64,000 bases of DNA from assembly GCF_001194135.2 (NCBI RefSeq), contig NC_068985.1:16783902-16847901 (forward strand). The letters run 5' to 3'. The position numbers and the translations under genes are program-made. Origin of the DNA: Octopus bimaculoides. Lineage: Eukaryota. Every line of letters starts with the position of its first letter. Position 1 is the stretch's first letter. The notes beneath the pieces are model-generated. The model was not told where the DNA came from and did no database searches. It worked only from the letters and a program-made list of their open reading frames with translations. Positions 1 to 12,306 of the stretch are shown here, piece by piece.

Positions 1-354
1 GTTGCTGTGTACGTGTGTGTGCGTGCGTTTGCTATTGTATATGCGTGTGTTGTTTATGCCCATGTGTGTATGATTGTATGCGTGTCTGTGTGAGTGTATA
101 GTGTTGGTGAGAAGTGTGTGTGTATGTGGGTGTGTGCGTGTGTGTATATGTGTGGATGTGCGTGTGTGTGGGATTGTGTTAGGTACGGGTGTGTGTGTGT
201 TTATGTATGTCTGTATGTGTTTCCGTGTGCGCGTGTGTGTATATTTTTTGTGCGTGCGTGTATGTGTATATTGTGTATGTTTTTGTGCGTACGTATGTGT
301 TATGTATATGAGTGAGTATTGTGTATGTGAGAGGTGTATGTGTGCCTGTGTGTA
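1..354. repeat. Degenerate (GT)n/(GTAT)n microsatellite field. Other SSRs: (TA)n near 506, 7343, 20824, 37487, 50630, 52176, 59828; (CA)n near 10650, 21190; (GT)n near 25367; (TTA)n near 42560
   Basis: Seen directly in the sequence; explains many low-complexity ORFs in the track. Confidence 0.95.
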
Positions 355-505
355 NNNNNNNNNNNNNNNNNNNNNNNNNNNNNNNNNNNNNNNNNNNNNN
401 NNNNNNNNNNNNNNNNNNNNNNNNNNNNNNNNNNNNNNNNNNNNNNNNNNNNNNNNNNNNNNNNNNNNNNNNNNNNNNNNNNNNNNNNNNNNNNNNNNNN
501 NNNNN

Positions 506-539
<34 letters not shown>

Positions 540-1734
540 AATAAATAAATAAAAGAGAGAGAGATACCTGATGCAATAGGTTCTTTCTATAAGCCTATGA
601 AACTTTAAGCTGCACAGAGCAACTTAAGTTGCATGCTTGCCTGTCTTATAAATTTGGGTAGTAGTTACATTGATATATAGGTTTGTGCTTTACTGTTGAG
701 TTCATATTTCATGGAGTTGATTCAATTAACTTTGGATTTTGTTGATTAATTTGACATTATGCCTAATTTATGTTACCAGAATGCTTAAAGCATAAAATAA
801 AATCTATTTAAATGATACATTAAGATCTAATTTTCTTACCACTGACCCTAAGCTGCTATCCTGTTTTATCTTTATCAGAAATTCTTAATCCATATACCCT
901 CTTCCTAAAATTACTGCTAAGCTTAAATTGTCTCTTAGTCTCTATAATCTAGTAAATGTGTCACATAAAGCTATTCACAAATCTCATTTAAGGTTTGACT
1001 CTAGGCCATTATTGCACAGCTGTGACTCTTGTAAGCTGTATATCCACTAATTGTTTGTGTGATACCTGTACGCTGCACATGCTTTCTTTACCATAACAAT
1101 TGTTTATGACAGACTTCTAAAAGCCTGTTCTTCTCTTTTATCCCAATTCATGTTTGAGTAAGCTTATGTAGCCTAGGGTTGTTAAAGGAACACTCTGCTA
1201 CAGCACTGATATAGTTTTCTATTTTCCCATCTTAATGAAGGTTAGTTAGGTTTATACAATTCTCATTTTCATGGTTTCCTCATATCGTAACTGTTCTTTC
1301 CATTTTCTTCTGCATTACTTCATCTTTATCTTCTCTTCACCTGTTTTTATCTTTTATCTTGATTTGTTATCTTCTGTTGCCATCCTGATAAAGTATTATG
1401 GCTCCTTTCTAAACTTAGCTAGCTTTTTCTACTGGTTAAATTTCTGTGATTTATATTAAAACTTAGAGATTATGAGTTGCAACTAGTAATGGCATTTTAA
1501 ATTTCAATTCTGTAATTCTAATTTTGAGGCTTCATTTTATTTGGAACTGAAAAATGCCAATTTCAAGATTTGGTAAACAAGAAACCTTAAATGGCTTGTT
1601 TTTCTTTGGTGAACTGGCTGTAACTGGCAGTTGACAGGGTTGTTGGTTAAACCTCCAGGTTAACTCCAACACAGCAATGATCATTGATGTCCCAGTTGTG
1701 ACCTTGTCTTTTATTTCAGATGTAGTATATCTCT

Positions 1735-2105
1735 GGGAGGCGCAATGGCCCAGTGGTTAGGGCAGCGGACTCACGGTTTCGATTCCCAGACCGGGCGTTG
1801 TGAGTGTTTATTGAGCGAAAACACCTAAAGCTCCACGAGGCTCTGGCAGGGGATGGTGGCGAACCCTGCTGTACTCTTTCACCACAACTTTCTTTCACTC
1901 TTACTTCCTGTTTCTGTTCTGCCTGTAATTCAAAGGGTCAGCCTTGTCACACTGTGTCACGCTGAATCTCTCCCGAGAACTATGTTAAGGGTGCACGTGT
2001 CTGTGGAGGGCTCAGCCACTTGCACGTTAATTTCACGAGCAGGCTGTTCCGTTGATCGGATCAACTGGAACCCTCAACGTCGTAAGCAACGGAGTGCCAA
2101 CAACA
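1735..2105 (+). mobile_element. tRNA-derived SINE (family A), full length, (CAA)n tail
   Basis: Pol III A box TGGCCCAGTGGTTAGG and B-box-like GGTTTCGATTCCC. 10-bp TSD AGTATATCTC at 1724-1733 and 2106-2115. A close homologue lies at 61628-61919. Confidence 0.85.
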
Positions 2106-3059
2106 AGTATATCTCCAACTACGTTGCCACGTGTCCTTAAGATGGTGAGGTGTAATGGGAAGGTTTAGCTGCTGTTCTTCTAGCATCTCGACAAACACAT
2201 AGAAGTTCCCTTATTGGCTAGTTATAGGATTTCATTTACAAACTGAACGATCAGCACTTAATATTTCATTTCTAGCATTGTAATTGTTAGTTTTGACATT
2301 CTCTTTGATTTAACTACAAATAGGTTCTGCACGATGGTACAGTTCACATTAAAGCAGCGTTGTTAGAGTACAAGTGCTGTATTCAAATTCTCCCTTGGTT
2401 ATAACTTGAAGAGAGATATACTTAGCCAATGTCATTTGCATTTGATATACTACAGGAAGTCAAAAGCTTTAAATAATGGCTACTACAATCTGAGTGTAAG
2501 ATAAATATTCAATTGCTTGGTGCTTCTTCACCAAACTATCATCTATATGCATCACATTCATTTCATGGACACTCTTACTCATGCTTGTCTGTTACATACA
2601 AAGTCTATCTCTGTCAGTCTGCCACTGATGCAGTGGATCACTGCATCTCTTGTGTACTCAGTTTTCATTGAGTAGACCGTATAGACTTTCCCATCTACTC
2701 CTTTTCTGCATAGCTACATTCCAGAAAACCTGAAGTCTTATTTTCTTTCCTGCTAACTAAAACTTGTGTTTACTAGGTTTACTTTGAGGCCTATCATTTC
2801 TAATTCAAAACAATTTTTTGTTTTAATTTGAAATATATAAATAAAAGAAATTCAAGGAGTGTATGACTATTCTTTGCATAGTATTAGATAGCTAACTTCC
2901 TATTTCTTAAAGATGCAATTTATAGGCTTTGCTCCTACACTTAGAATTTCTTCTCTAAATCATCAAAAGATTCAACTGTAAGAACTAGTTATACAAAAGT
3001 CATACAAAAATTCTCATTGACAGCCATTCTCAAACTTCTCAGTTATTACCTAGAGAATT

Positions 3060-4935
3060 GTAAAAAAACAAGAGTGTTAAACTCTCATGTACACCCACCT
3101 GCGTACTAAATTCCTTGTTGTATTCATTGCTAACTCTCACTTTGTTGACAGCTTGCATGACTTTCACAATCTGTTCATCTCTACCTTTCATCTCAAAGAC
3201 CTCCAGACGACTGAATGCAGTACCTTATCAAAGGCCTTCTCCAAGTTGACAGATATACTGTGACTTGCTTGTAGCTAAGAACTTCTATAGTTTTCTCATT
3301 AAGGTGCCATCAGTAGTTCCCCAACCTAGCACAAGCCTAAATGAATTCTCGCCATAATCAGTTGTGTTACATTTATAGCTTGGTTATCAATTTGACGTCT
3401 TTGAAGTATTTATTTTTACTTTGGTACTGGTGCTATATAAAAAGCACTCATGCTATTGTCAAGTAAAAAAAATCTCGTATAAGTTCTACTTAAAAAGCAC
3501 CCAGTACACTCTGTAAAGTGGTTGGCTTTAGGAAGGACATCCAGCCATAGAAACCATATCAAAACAGGCAATTGGAGCCTGGTGCAGCTCTCCAGCTTGC
3601 CAGTTCCTGTCAAACTGTCAAAGCTGTGCCAGCATGGAAAATGAATGTTAAATGATGATGATTAGTAACAGTTGATTATGAAACTGTTTTGCTGGTCATT
3701 GGATTTACTGTACTATCTGATTGATTACGTGAATGACTGGCACATTTTCAGCATCTTGGCAACTATCTCTGATGGTCCAGTTTCATTGATATTCTTAATA
3801 GTGCTTCCAACCTTATAATTCTCAGTAACTGGTCCCATTATTGGGTCTATTTGGAGTAATTCCAATGTTTCCCATACAGTTCTCTTTGTCCAGCAATCTC
3901 TTTTAGTTACTTTTTCAACTCTCTTATCAGCCTCACAAGTGCATTACTATAATTCAGTACACATCTTTCCCCATTGTTTTGATTTACCCTGATGCATTTT
4001 GCAATCTGCAACACCTCTTCCTTTTCATTGCAGAATGTTAGCTGACTTCTTTCACTTTCTCTTCCCTACCTAATATTTTCCATATTCTCTCCTTTCTTCT
4101 AATCTTTTTTGGCTTGTTTCTTGGTTTTTGTAACTCAACTATATTCCACTATCTTGATGCCTTCTGTCTTTATAACCTTACTCAATCTACAGATTTGTTT
4201 TTATAGCTAACCAATATTGTCTTCTGTGTTATGAGTTTATTTCTTTCTTCTCATCATATGTCTTGCCAGAGCATCTTTCAACTTCCATATCTTTCTTCAA
4301 ACTGTTTTATGCCTCTGAAGCTGCTTCTCACTAGTCTGTTGGAAAGAATAAAATATTTATAACCAGTTGCCTATCCTATCTTCTAGTGAGCATGAAGTAT
4401 ATGCGATTTACATCAGATTTCAAGAGTTTTGTTCCCTCTTCATTCTCTACTCCATAACCATATCTTCCATGTACATTAGACTAGCCATCATGGTGTTGCT
4501 CAACATGTCCATTAAAGTCACCAACCATGATAATGAGATCACTGTCTGTCGAGGGAGTCTGCCAGAGCCTCGAGAAACAGTCCACTTATCTGTCAGTCTT
4601 GATTGTAGTGCATATGCAGAGATCACTGTTGCTGTAAGATTACTAATGATTAGTTTTTGTCTAATTATTCTGTCACCTGCTTTACCTTAATTATACCTTT
4701 TTCTCTGCCAATAATTAGCATACTCTACCAAATCTAGTGCTGCTACCAAGCCAAAAGACTTTATCTTTGTGTTACTTGCCTGTGAGGAATCTGGCTAAGA
4801 CACTCTTCTATCTTACTCTATGTACATAACACATATCTACTCACCCCTGCTCTAGCTTCTAAAATCCCTCCAGACATTTTGTTATGCCATTGTTGATTGT
4901 GTCAACTCTGAAGTTTGGCACCCTACAGGAAATGG
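3060..4935 (-). mobile_element. Degenerate RTE LINE ORF (APE endonuclease, linker, RT N-half), interrupted at about 3430-3662
   Basis: Minus-strand motifs in the correct order: TVISAYA, LIIMVGDFNGHVE and YGYGVENEEGTKLL (APE, about 4400-4930); EVLQIAK linker (about 4000-4050); GTTDG, LEKAFDKV and KVRVSNEYNKEF...VGVH (RT, about 3080-3340). Confidence 0.78.
3430..3662 (+). mobile_element. Short RTE 3'-end copy. Similar copies at about 5230-5545(-), 23180-23395(+), 24535-24705(-), 31060-31330(-), 38745-38925(+), 39895-40030(-), 48040-48190(+), 58620-58790(+), 60400-60615(+)
   Basis: Shared motifs AAAAAGCACCCAGTACACT, TTAGGAAGGGCATCCAGC and CCAGCATGGAAAA...GTTAAATGATGATG. Confidence 0.75.
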
Positions 4936-6114
4936 AGAGCTTCCAATGATGGGTCGGTTGTTCATGTTTGTTATTTTGCATCTGAAAGGAGCAGGTTATT
5001 TATTAAGTTTCCAGATGGTGCTTTAGTGATGTTCTTTCTTAGTTTCAAAATGTTGTACTTTGTGGAATTTTGCCTTCAAACATGAATCTACTATTTGCAG
5101 ATTCTTGAAACTTAAAAGAAAGTTTATTATGGCAGGTGTGAGAGGATTTAGTGTTAATAACAGAGTGTATGGATAGATTGAAGATGATGGTTAGGTGAAA
5201 GAAATGTATGAACGTAAATGGTGTCGTCGTCGTTATCATGATGATGATCGTTTAACATCTGCCTTCCATGCTGGCATGGGTGGGATGGTTTGACAAGAGC
5301 CGGCCAGGCAGAAGCCTGCAACAGACTTCTGTAACTGTTTTGACAGGATTTTTACAACTGGATGCACTTCCTAACATCAACCACTCAGCAAAGTAGACTT
5401 AGTACTTTTTACGTAGCACAAGCACAGACAAGGTCAGTTTTGGCAAGGTTTTTACGGCTGGATGCCCTTCCAAGTGCCAATCTCTTCCTAGTGTGGACTG
5501 AGTGCTTTTAAGTGGCATCTGCACTGACAGGGTTATCAAGTACTTTCATGACAAATACAAAAACTCATTTGAGAGGGGGAGGGGGAATTGGAGGAGGTGA
5601 TCTTGTGTCTGATGATAAAAGTTTATAGTGAGGCAGACACAGAAACAGGTGTCTTGCTGTAGAGGAGGTACAAGGTTATCTGTCTGGAGACAGAGAGAGA
5701 TGAGGAATGAAGACAGAAACAGGTATTCTGCCACAAAAGAAATATGTGGTTACCCAACCTGAGGGAAGTGCAGGAGAAGGAGAGAGAGAGAGTGGGAGAC
5801 AGCAAGATAGAGATGGTGGCAAAGTGCTGGGCATACACAATGATAGTGAGACGAGGCATGGGTGAAACACACAGGTTGGAAGCTAGTGAGGAGCAATGAT
5901 ACAGTGGTACAGGGCCAAGAGGACAGGATTGGGGAGTGGGAGGCAAGCCTAGTGCATGAAGTGGAAATGTGAGGAAGAGAAGGGAAGAGATGTAGTTTGG
6001 TTTGTTGTGGTAGTGTGTGTGAGAAATTTTCTTAAGTGTAGGTGGGACACACAATGCTTCTAGAACTCAGTTTCGCTGACGTGGGTGGGTCTTCTCAAGA
6101 ACTTAATATTTGCC

Positions 6115-6265
6115 AGACATTTGCCACGTTCAAAACCAAACTGCATCTCATCTAATTTAATTTTATTTCTAATCAATTGAGCTATAACCCTCTCAGTAAC
6201 TTTCATGGTTTGGTCTAGCAATATAATGTCTCTGTAGTTGTTTCTATTTAGCATCACCTTTACCC
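6115..6265 (-). mobile_element. RTE LINE RT fragment
   Basis: Track ORF 6060..6257 reads NYRDIILLDQTMKVTERVIAQLIRNKIKLDEMQFGF, matching the RTE motif NYRGI...MKV.ERVI...MQFGF. Confidence 0.75.
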
Positions 6266-7338
6266 TTGTAGCAGCTAACTATAATACTACTACACCAGTC
6301 ATTGGGGATGGTGCCCTCCTGGTGAATATTAAAGATGATGGTAAGTGGTAAAGAATGTAGTAAAGCTGGAGAAAAAGGTATATCTGCATGTGTGAAAAGT
6401 GCCATGGTTTGTGGGAGTGTGACATGAGTAATGAACAGAGAAGGTTGGAAAGAATGGAAATAAGAGAATAGTTTGGTAGATGAACAAAGTATTTCAGAGA
6501 GAGGAAGACAAATAATTTATTGTTGAGAATGATGAAAATAGTCAGTGATTGATGTGAATAGAAATGGGATAAGCTGGTTGTGTCATGTGCTGAAGGAGGA
6601 TGAAAATGACTTGGTGAGAGAAGGGGTAGAGATGAATATAAAGGGAAGTAGATGGAGATAGGAGGGGACAAGAAAGACACAGTTAAAGATGATGGAAAAA
6701 TATACGAGGGCAAGAGTGTTCATAAGGAGAAAAGATAAGGACTCATTGGGGGTCTGCAAGGCTAACTTTATAATTAACAGGGAAAGTGACCTCAAAATAC
6801 TTGTAACTTAGCCTATTCAAGCCCTTTTAATATTGTATCACTATTCTTAGAAAAAGTGCTCATTTCTTTTTGCTTAGAAAAAGTGCTCATTTCTCTTTTG
6901 CAGGGCTTCTGAGCCTGATAGGAAATGGTTATCCTCATGGCTGCTTTCAGCAGAGTAGCCTCCTGCAAGGACTGGCAGTGTATTACATCTTCCATATGAG
7001 ATAGAGTAATGGTTTCTCTGATGGGTTTCCATTAATTTCCATCTACTAAATTTCATTCATAAAGCACTTATTGATCCAATGCTCTGGTAGAAGATATCTG
7101 TCCAAGGAGCAGTGCAATGGAATCAAACCCCAAACCTTGTAGTTGCAAAACGAACCTCTCAATTATGCAATCATACCTATACCCATAAACACACATAGGC
7201 ATCACCATTTATGTCCATTTTCCATGGATGGACAGTTTGACAGGATCCAATGAACTGCAGGGTTGCATAGAGCTCCAATAGTGACTTTGGTTTCTGCAGC
7301 TGGATGTCCACCCTAACACCAATCACTTTATAGTGTAA

Positions 7339-7382
<44 letters not shown>

Positions 7383-7779
7383 CATAACAAAGAAAACTAA
7401 AATATACCCATCCTTTCGTAATATATATCTGATAGTTTTTATTACTTTGAGATAGTAGATATTGGTATGAAATAGAACTTCATCTTGTTTAAGTTTTCTC
7501 TTGAAGTATTTCACTAATATCTACTTCAATCTTTGAGAAGGAGCTAAGGTGTTGTAAAACTAGTTATTTATTAGTATAATCTAATCTTGTTTGATATATG
7601 TAAGCTATGTTTTATTAACCCTAATGACTGAAATTTCTTTGTCATATACCTACAGATATAGTTAGTGAGTGGCAGGATTGGTAGAGTATCAGAGAAAATG
7701 CCTTGTAGTATTTAGTGATGCCTTTCTATCTTTGAAGTTCAAATCCTCTTCATGTCCACTTCATGTCCATGGTCATTAA

Positions 7780-7996
7780 CCCTTTCATTACTGTATTTAT
7801 TTTGAGATGCTCTGTGTTTCTTTCAATTACTTTAAATATAACAGAGAATTTAGTTAAATAACTTAATCATTCAGCTAGTGTTAGGAACATAGATTGTGAC
7901 TGAGGTTTGGTGGAAGATTTTAATTCAAAACTTATGCAAACAAGACATTTGTACTCAGAGCCAGAGCCGTTTTCAGTCAGGTTGGTAACGAAAGGG
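7780..7996. mobile_element. TTAA-targeting (piggyBac-like) MITE, 217 bp, nested in a SINE
   Basis: TTAA|CCCTTTCATTAC ... GTAACGAAAGGG|TTAA. TIRs match at 11 of 12 positions; TTAA is duplicated at 7776-7779 and 7997-8000. Confidence 0.85.
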
Positions 7997-8779
7997 TTAA
8001 AATAAGTTTTGTAGGTCATTGTAATTGTCTATACCTTAGAAAGCAGTACCCCAGCTTGAACACAGTCTTATGCCTAAAACCAGTAAATGTTAGAACCAGG
8101 CATAATTAAAATTTACCTTAGAATTGATTTTAAAAGAAAATATATTAATGCATTTTATTAAGTATAGCAATGTCTGATTTGATATTAGCTGGACAAGATT
8201 GGAATGAATCGTTTTAAACACTGTGATTTGATTAGATTCTGAATTGTGACAGCAAACAGGGCTGTGAGTTAGAAGTAATTATTGGGTTACTGAAGTTGGA
8301 GTCTGTAAAAATGTATCGATTTTGACTAAGTGTAAATTTTAATATAATTCCAGTGGTATTGTGACTTCACAGTCAAAAGAGATCTCTTGTTGGATAATCG
8401 AATCCTGTTGGTTGCTATTTACATCATTTGAATGAACTGAATTTGGTTGAATAATGACCAAAATTACTAAACTCTTTGAAATATTAATTCACATGCAAAG
8501 GTTACAAGTACTGTCTCAAACTCCTGAACTGTAGTACAAAGGAGTTTGACATATTGGTAATTCAGTATCATCCTCTTCAATTGAAGAATTAGACAGCAAA
8601 GCCTAATGGGACAAAATAAAATATTCAAAAATAAGAAAATTATCAGTTGATATCCTATTAAAAGAATTCTCTGTAAGATTTTTGGAAATTGGATTCTAAA
8701 GAGTGTGACTGTTCATTGAACTGAAGTTGTCTCTTTATGTAGAAATTACTCCTGATGGAGCCAGAACTTTAATAGTTCA

Positions 8780-9200
8780 TCACAAAACTTAAGAACCTTG
8801 ATCCTTCTTTATTCTGTGCACCAGAACCTCAATGTAGATCAGAATAATTGTCATGGTGTTACCCAACATGTCCATTAAAGTTATCAGCCACCATAACTAA
8901 ATTGCTGACTATTGGGGGTAGTTTTCAAGAGATCTTCAGAGAAGTAGTCCCCTTGCTCATCTCTCGGTCATGATTATGGAGCATAAACATAATTCACTGT
9001 TGCTGTAATGTTGCTTATGACTAGCTTAAGCTTAGTTATTTTGTTGCATGCTCTAACTACCTTAATTATTTCATTTAATCTATTTCTTTACCAATAATAT
9101 CCCTACTCCAACTCCAATGTTGTTACCTAGCCAGAAGAATTTGTACCTATGTTTCTTGCTTGTAAGGGATTTTGTCTGAGGCACCTCACTATCTTACCGA
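8780..9200 (-). mobile_element. RTE LINE APE endonuclease fragment
   Basis: Homologous to 4440-4800; contains a minus-strand DNFNGHVG motif (CCCAACATGTCCATTAAAGTTATC on +). Confidence 0.65.
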
Positions 9201-10483
9201 AATCGTCATCGACAGACTGCTTTTGCACAGAAAATAATGAAATCAGATTTAAGGACTTCTTTGAATGTAGAATCTAGTAGAAACAATTATTTCTAAGAAG
9301 TAGGAATTGGCATTTTGGTTTAACCCCTATTTTATAGATGTTATTTCTTAATAAATTTTGTCGGAATAAACTTTTCAATTTTTTGCAATATAATTTTTAT
9401 TTCATATACTATAATCTTTCATGTTACTTCACTTTAATTTTACATGTATGCAATATTTTAATCTTTAAAAAGAAAGGGTATGTATTTTTTTTTTATGTTC
9501 ATTTTAGTTGTTTTAGTTGTTCAATCTTTTAGTTTTAATTTTGATGTACTCCAGACTTTTGAACTTGTAAAGAAAAATAAACTTAATTTTCTTTTATGGT
9601 GTTTTTATAGTCAATTTCTTTCATAGCTTTTAGATAAAAACAGCCTCTTTTTAAAAAAAAATATTTTAAAAGTTTTGAATTATGCTTAATTGTTAACTTT
9701 ATTAAATAACATTTTTCAAAAAACCACAAGAGCATAGTTATCTTTAGCTTTTAACCCAAACATTAATGGGTTAGGGTGCTAAAATGTAACCGGATGATTC
9801 AGATTGATTGATCATGTATGTTGTGTTCTTTCAATCGATATATAAAAATATATGATTGTTTAATTACAAACGGAGGAGTCAGTCAGAATCAGTGGCACTC
9901 TAAAGTGATTAGCTGAGGTGCAGTCAAAGATTTTGTATGCCAGTTCCACAACCCAGGCAGCAATATCCCTATATAATAATGATTTCAAATTTTAGCACAA
10001 GGCTGGCAATTTCAGGGAAGTGGGTAAGTCGATTACATTGACCCCAGTATTCAACTGATACTTATTTTACCAACCCTGAAACGATAAAAGCCAAGGTTGA
10101 TCTCTGCAGTATTTGGACACAATATAAAGATGGATGAAATGCTGCTGAGCATTTTTCCCAGTATTGTAATGGTTTCTGCCATCTTGCCACCTTCTCCCTA
10201 TATAATAATATCCAGTGTAAATGTTGGTCAGTTAGTTTATCAATTGATTTATTCAGTCAAACTTTACATCATAGAGAGAGAGAGGAGAAAAGAGAATAAA
10301 AGTGAGATACACTGATTGATGCTGGATGAGTATCTTTATTATTAATAGTGTGTATTTATTGCAAATTAAAGACAAGAAATTTGTTTTAATTATATTTTAA
10401 GGTAATATGTATATTTCTTTTGAAAATTAATTTTTATTTCATTTTGTATAAGCACTGAGAAATTTGATAAAAGTTTAATTATA

Positions 10484-10646
10484 GGTGTAGGTGTGGCTGT
10501 GTGGTAAGAAGTTTGCTTCCCAGCCACATGGTTCTGCGTTCAGTCTCACTGATTGGAACCTTGGACAAGTGTTTTCTACTATAGCCTCGGGCTGACCAAA
10601 GTCTTGTGAGTGGATTTGGTTGATGGAAACTGAAAGAAGCCCATTT

Positions 10647-10677
<31 letters not shown>

Positions 10678-10893
10678 TTATGTATTTATGTGTCTGTGTT
10701 TCTCCCGCAACTGCTTTGCAACTGGTGTCAGTGTGTTTACATCCTCATAACTTAGGAATTTGACAAAAAGACTGATAGATTAAATACGAAGCTTTAAAAA
10801 AAATAAATAAATACTGGGGCCGTTGTTTGACTAAGTCTTCAATGCAGTGCTCCAGCATGGCCACAATCTAATGACTGAAACAAGTAAAAGATA
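10484..10893 (+). mobile_element. tRNA-derived SINE (family C) with an internal microsatellite
   Basis: Head GTGTGGCTGTGTGGTAAGAAG...GTTCAGTC, central (CA)n, tail ATGACTGAAACAAGTAAAAG. Homologues at 57799-58164(-), 63353-63738(+), and partial copies near 7040-7200, 23020-23175, 31300-31470 and 38625-38745. Confidence 0.8.
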
Positions 10894-12096
10894 AGGTGGT
10901 ATATATGCTGTATTTCCTTATCTTACCCATGGTGGTAAAATTATACACCCAAAGTTACCTGTCATTTGACAGGTAATACTAGTGATAATATATTACTATA
11001 AGCTGTCTTGTAGTCATTAAAATTGTTTCATAATTAACCATTCACAATAACTATTACAACAAAAGACTTCAATAACTCTAACCAATAAACTCACTAGTTC
11101 ATCTTCACCATTGGCTAGCTTCAGTTTTTTTCATGTTAGTCTTGGAAGACAGGAAAAATTTTATTAACAGTGTAATTACTTTCTGCACATAGTGACCTCT
11201 TACTGACATCTCATTTTCTTCTGAACATGTTTACACTCTATTTTGCTCTCAGAGCCAGTGGATCCTTTTAAGTCATTTCTTTTTAGTTATTGCATACCCT
11301 CTATTGTATCATAGATCTACTTTTCTTCAAACAGATAGGAAACCCCTTGTTCATGGATAAAATTTTATCCACATTTGAATATTGAACTAATGAGTCTGAG
11401 GGAATAAAGTTCAAGCTAAACAGCAATTTAATATAAGTGGCACCCCTCATTAATTTGGTAAAATTAAAAATTCAATTTTCTCTGTATACATGCTTCCCCA
11501 CAGGTTCTTAATATACTTACAATTTGCCCTAGTTGTAAAAAGGTTCTTTCCTCTGCCCTTCTTATTACAAACAGAAACAATACTTCAAACATTTGGACAG
11601 TACTACTACGTTCAAACCAAACTGTTCTCGCATATTTCTTTGAACTCTTAAAAGAGTACATGCCATGATAGTGATGAACTAAGTAACAAAATCTATGATT
11701 TATATTTCATGGTATTATAGTTTATCCTCAAACACGATGCGTTGTTCAGTTCGTTTTGTTCAGGTCAGCTTGTTCATTGTTTCTGAGATAGACAAGATTA
11801 AATATAACAATATGCACAGAATCATGAAAAAATGTTGACAACTGTTAGACACAAAGCCAGCATTTTTGAGGGGAGGAATTTGATTCATTTGACCTCACTA
11901 TTAGACTGCTAAGTTATTTTATTGAACCCACCACCACCACCACCACCAAAAAAAAAGGCTGAAAGGCATATTTAATTTAGATGGAATTTGAACTCAGAAA
12001 GTAAAGAGCTGGAACAAATATCACAAGTCGCTTTGCCCAATGCTCTTAATGATTCTGCCAGTCCACTACCTTAACTATTAGTAATACTAATAATCC

Positions 12097-12306
12097 TTTC
12101 TACTATAGGCACAAAGCCTGAAATCTTGGAGAAAGAGGCTAGTCGATTACATTGACCCCAGTGCTCAACTGGTACTTATTTCATCAACCCCGAAAGAACG
12201 AAAAGCAAAGTCGACCTTGGAGGCATTTGAACTCAGAACACAAAGATGGACAAAATGCCGCTAAGCATGTTATCCATCGTGCTAATGATTCTGTCAGCTC
12301 GCCATA
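12097..12306 (-). mobile_element. tRNA-derived SINE (family B). Other copies at about 7664-8085(+), 9985-10200(-), 11845-12070(-), 25066-25225(+), 38460-38580(-), 41160-41347(+), 43152-43370(+), 45960-46145(+)
   Basis: Shared head GGTGAG.TGGCAGAATC.TTAGCA, B box GAGTTCAAAT and core GAGGTCGACTTTGCCTTTCATCC...AAGTACCAG...CTGGGGT.GATGTAAT.GAC. Confidence 0.75.

Noticed and set aside
74-548. Long ORFs here and at 21435-21902, 44198-44915, 51324-52235 and 61708-62754
   Set aside because: They stay open only because they cross N-gaps or microsatellites.
1740-1795. tRNA gene suggested by A and B boxes (also 61630, 10490, 46800)
   Set aside because: No complete cloverleaf is formed, and the boxes continue into multi-copy bodies with tails and a TSD, so these are SINE heads.
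6846-6900. 27/28-bp tandem duplication CTTAGAAAAAGTGCTCATTTCT
   Set aside because: A two-copy slippage product with no sign of function.
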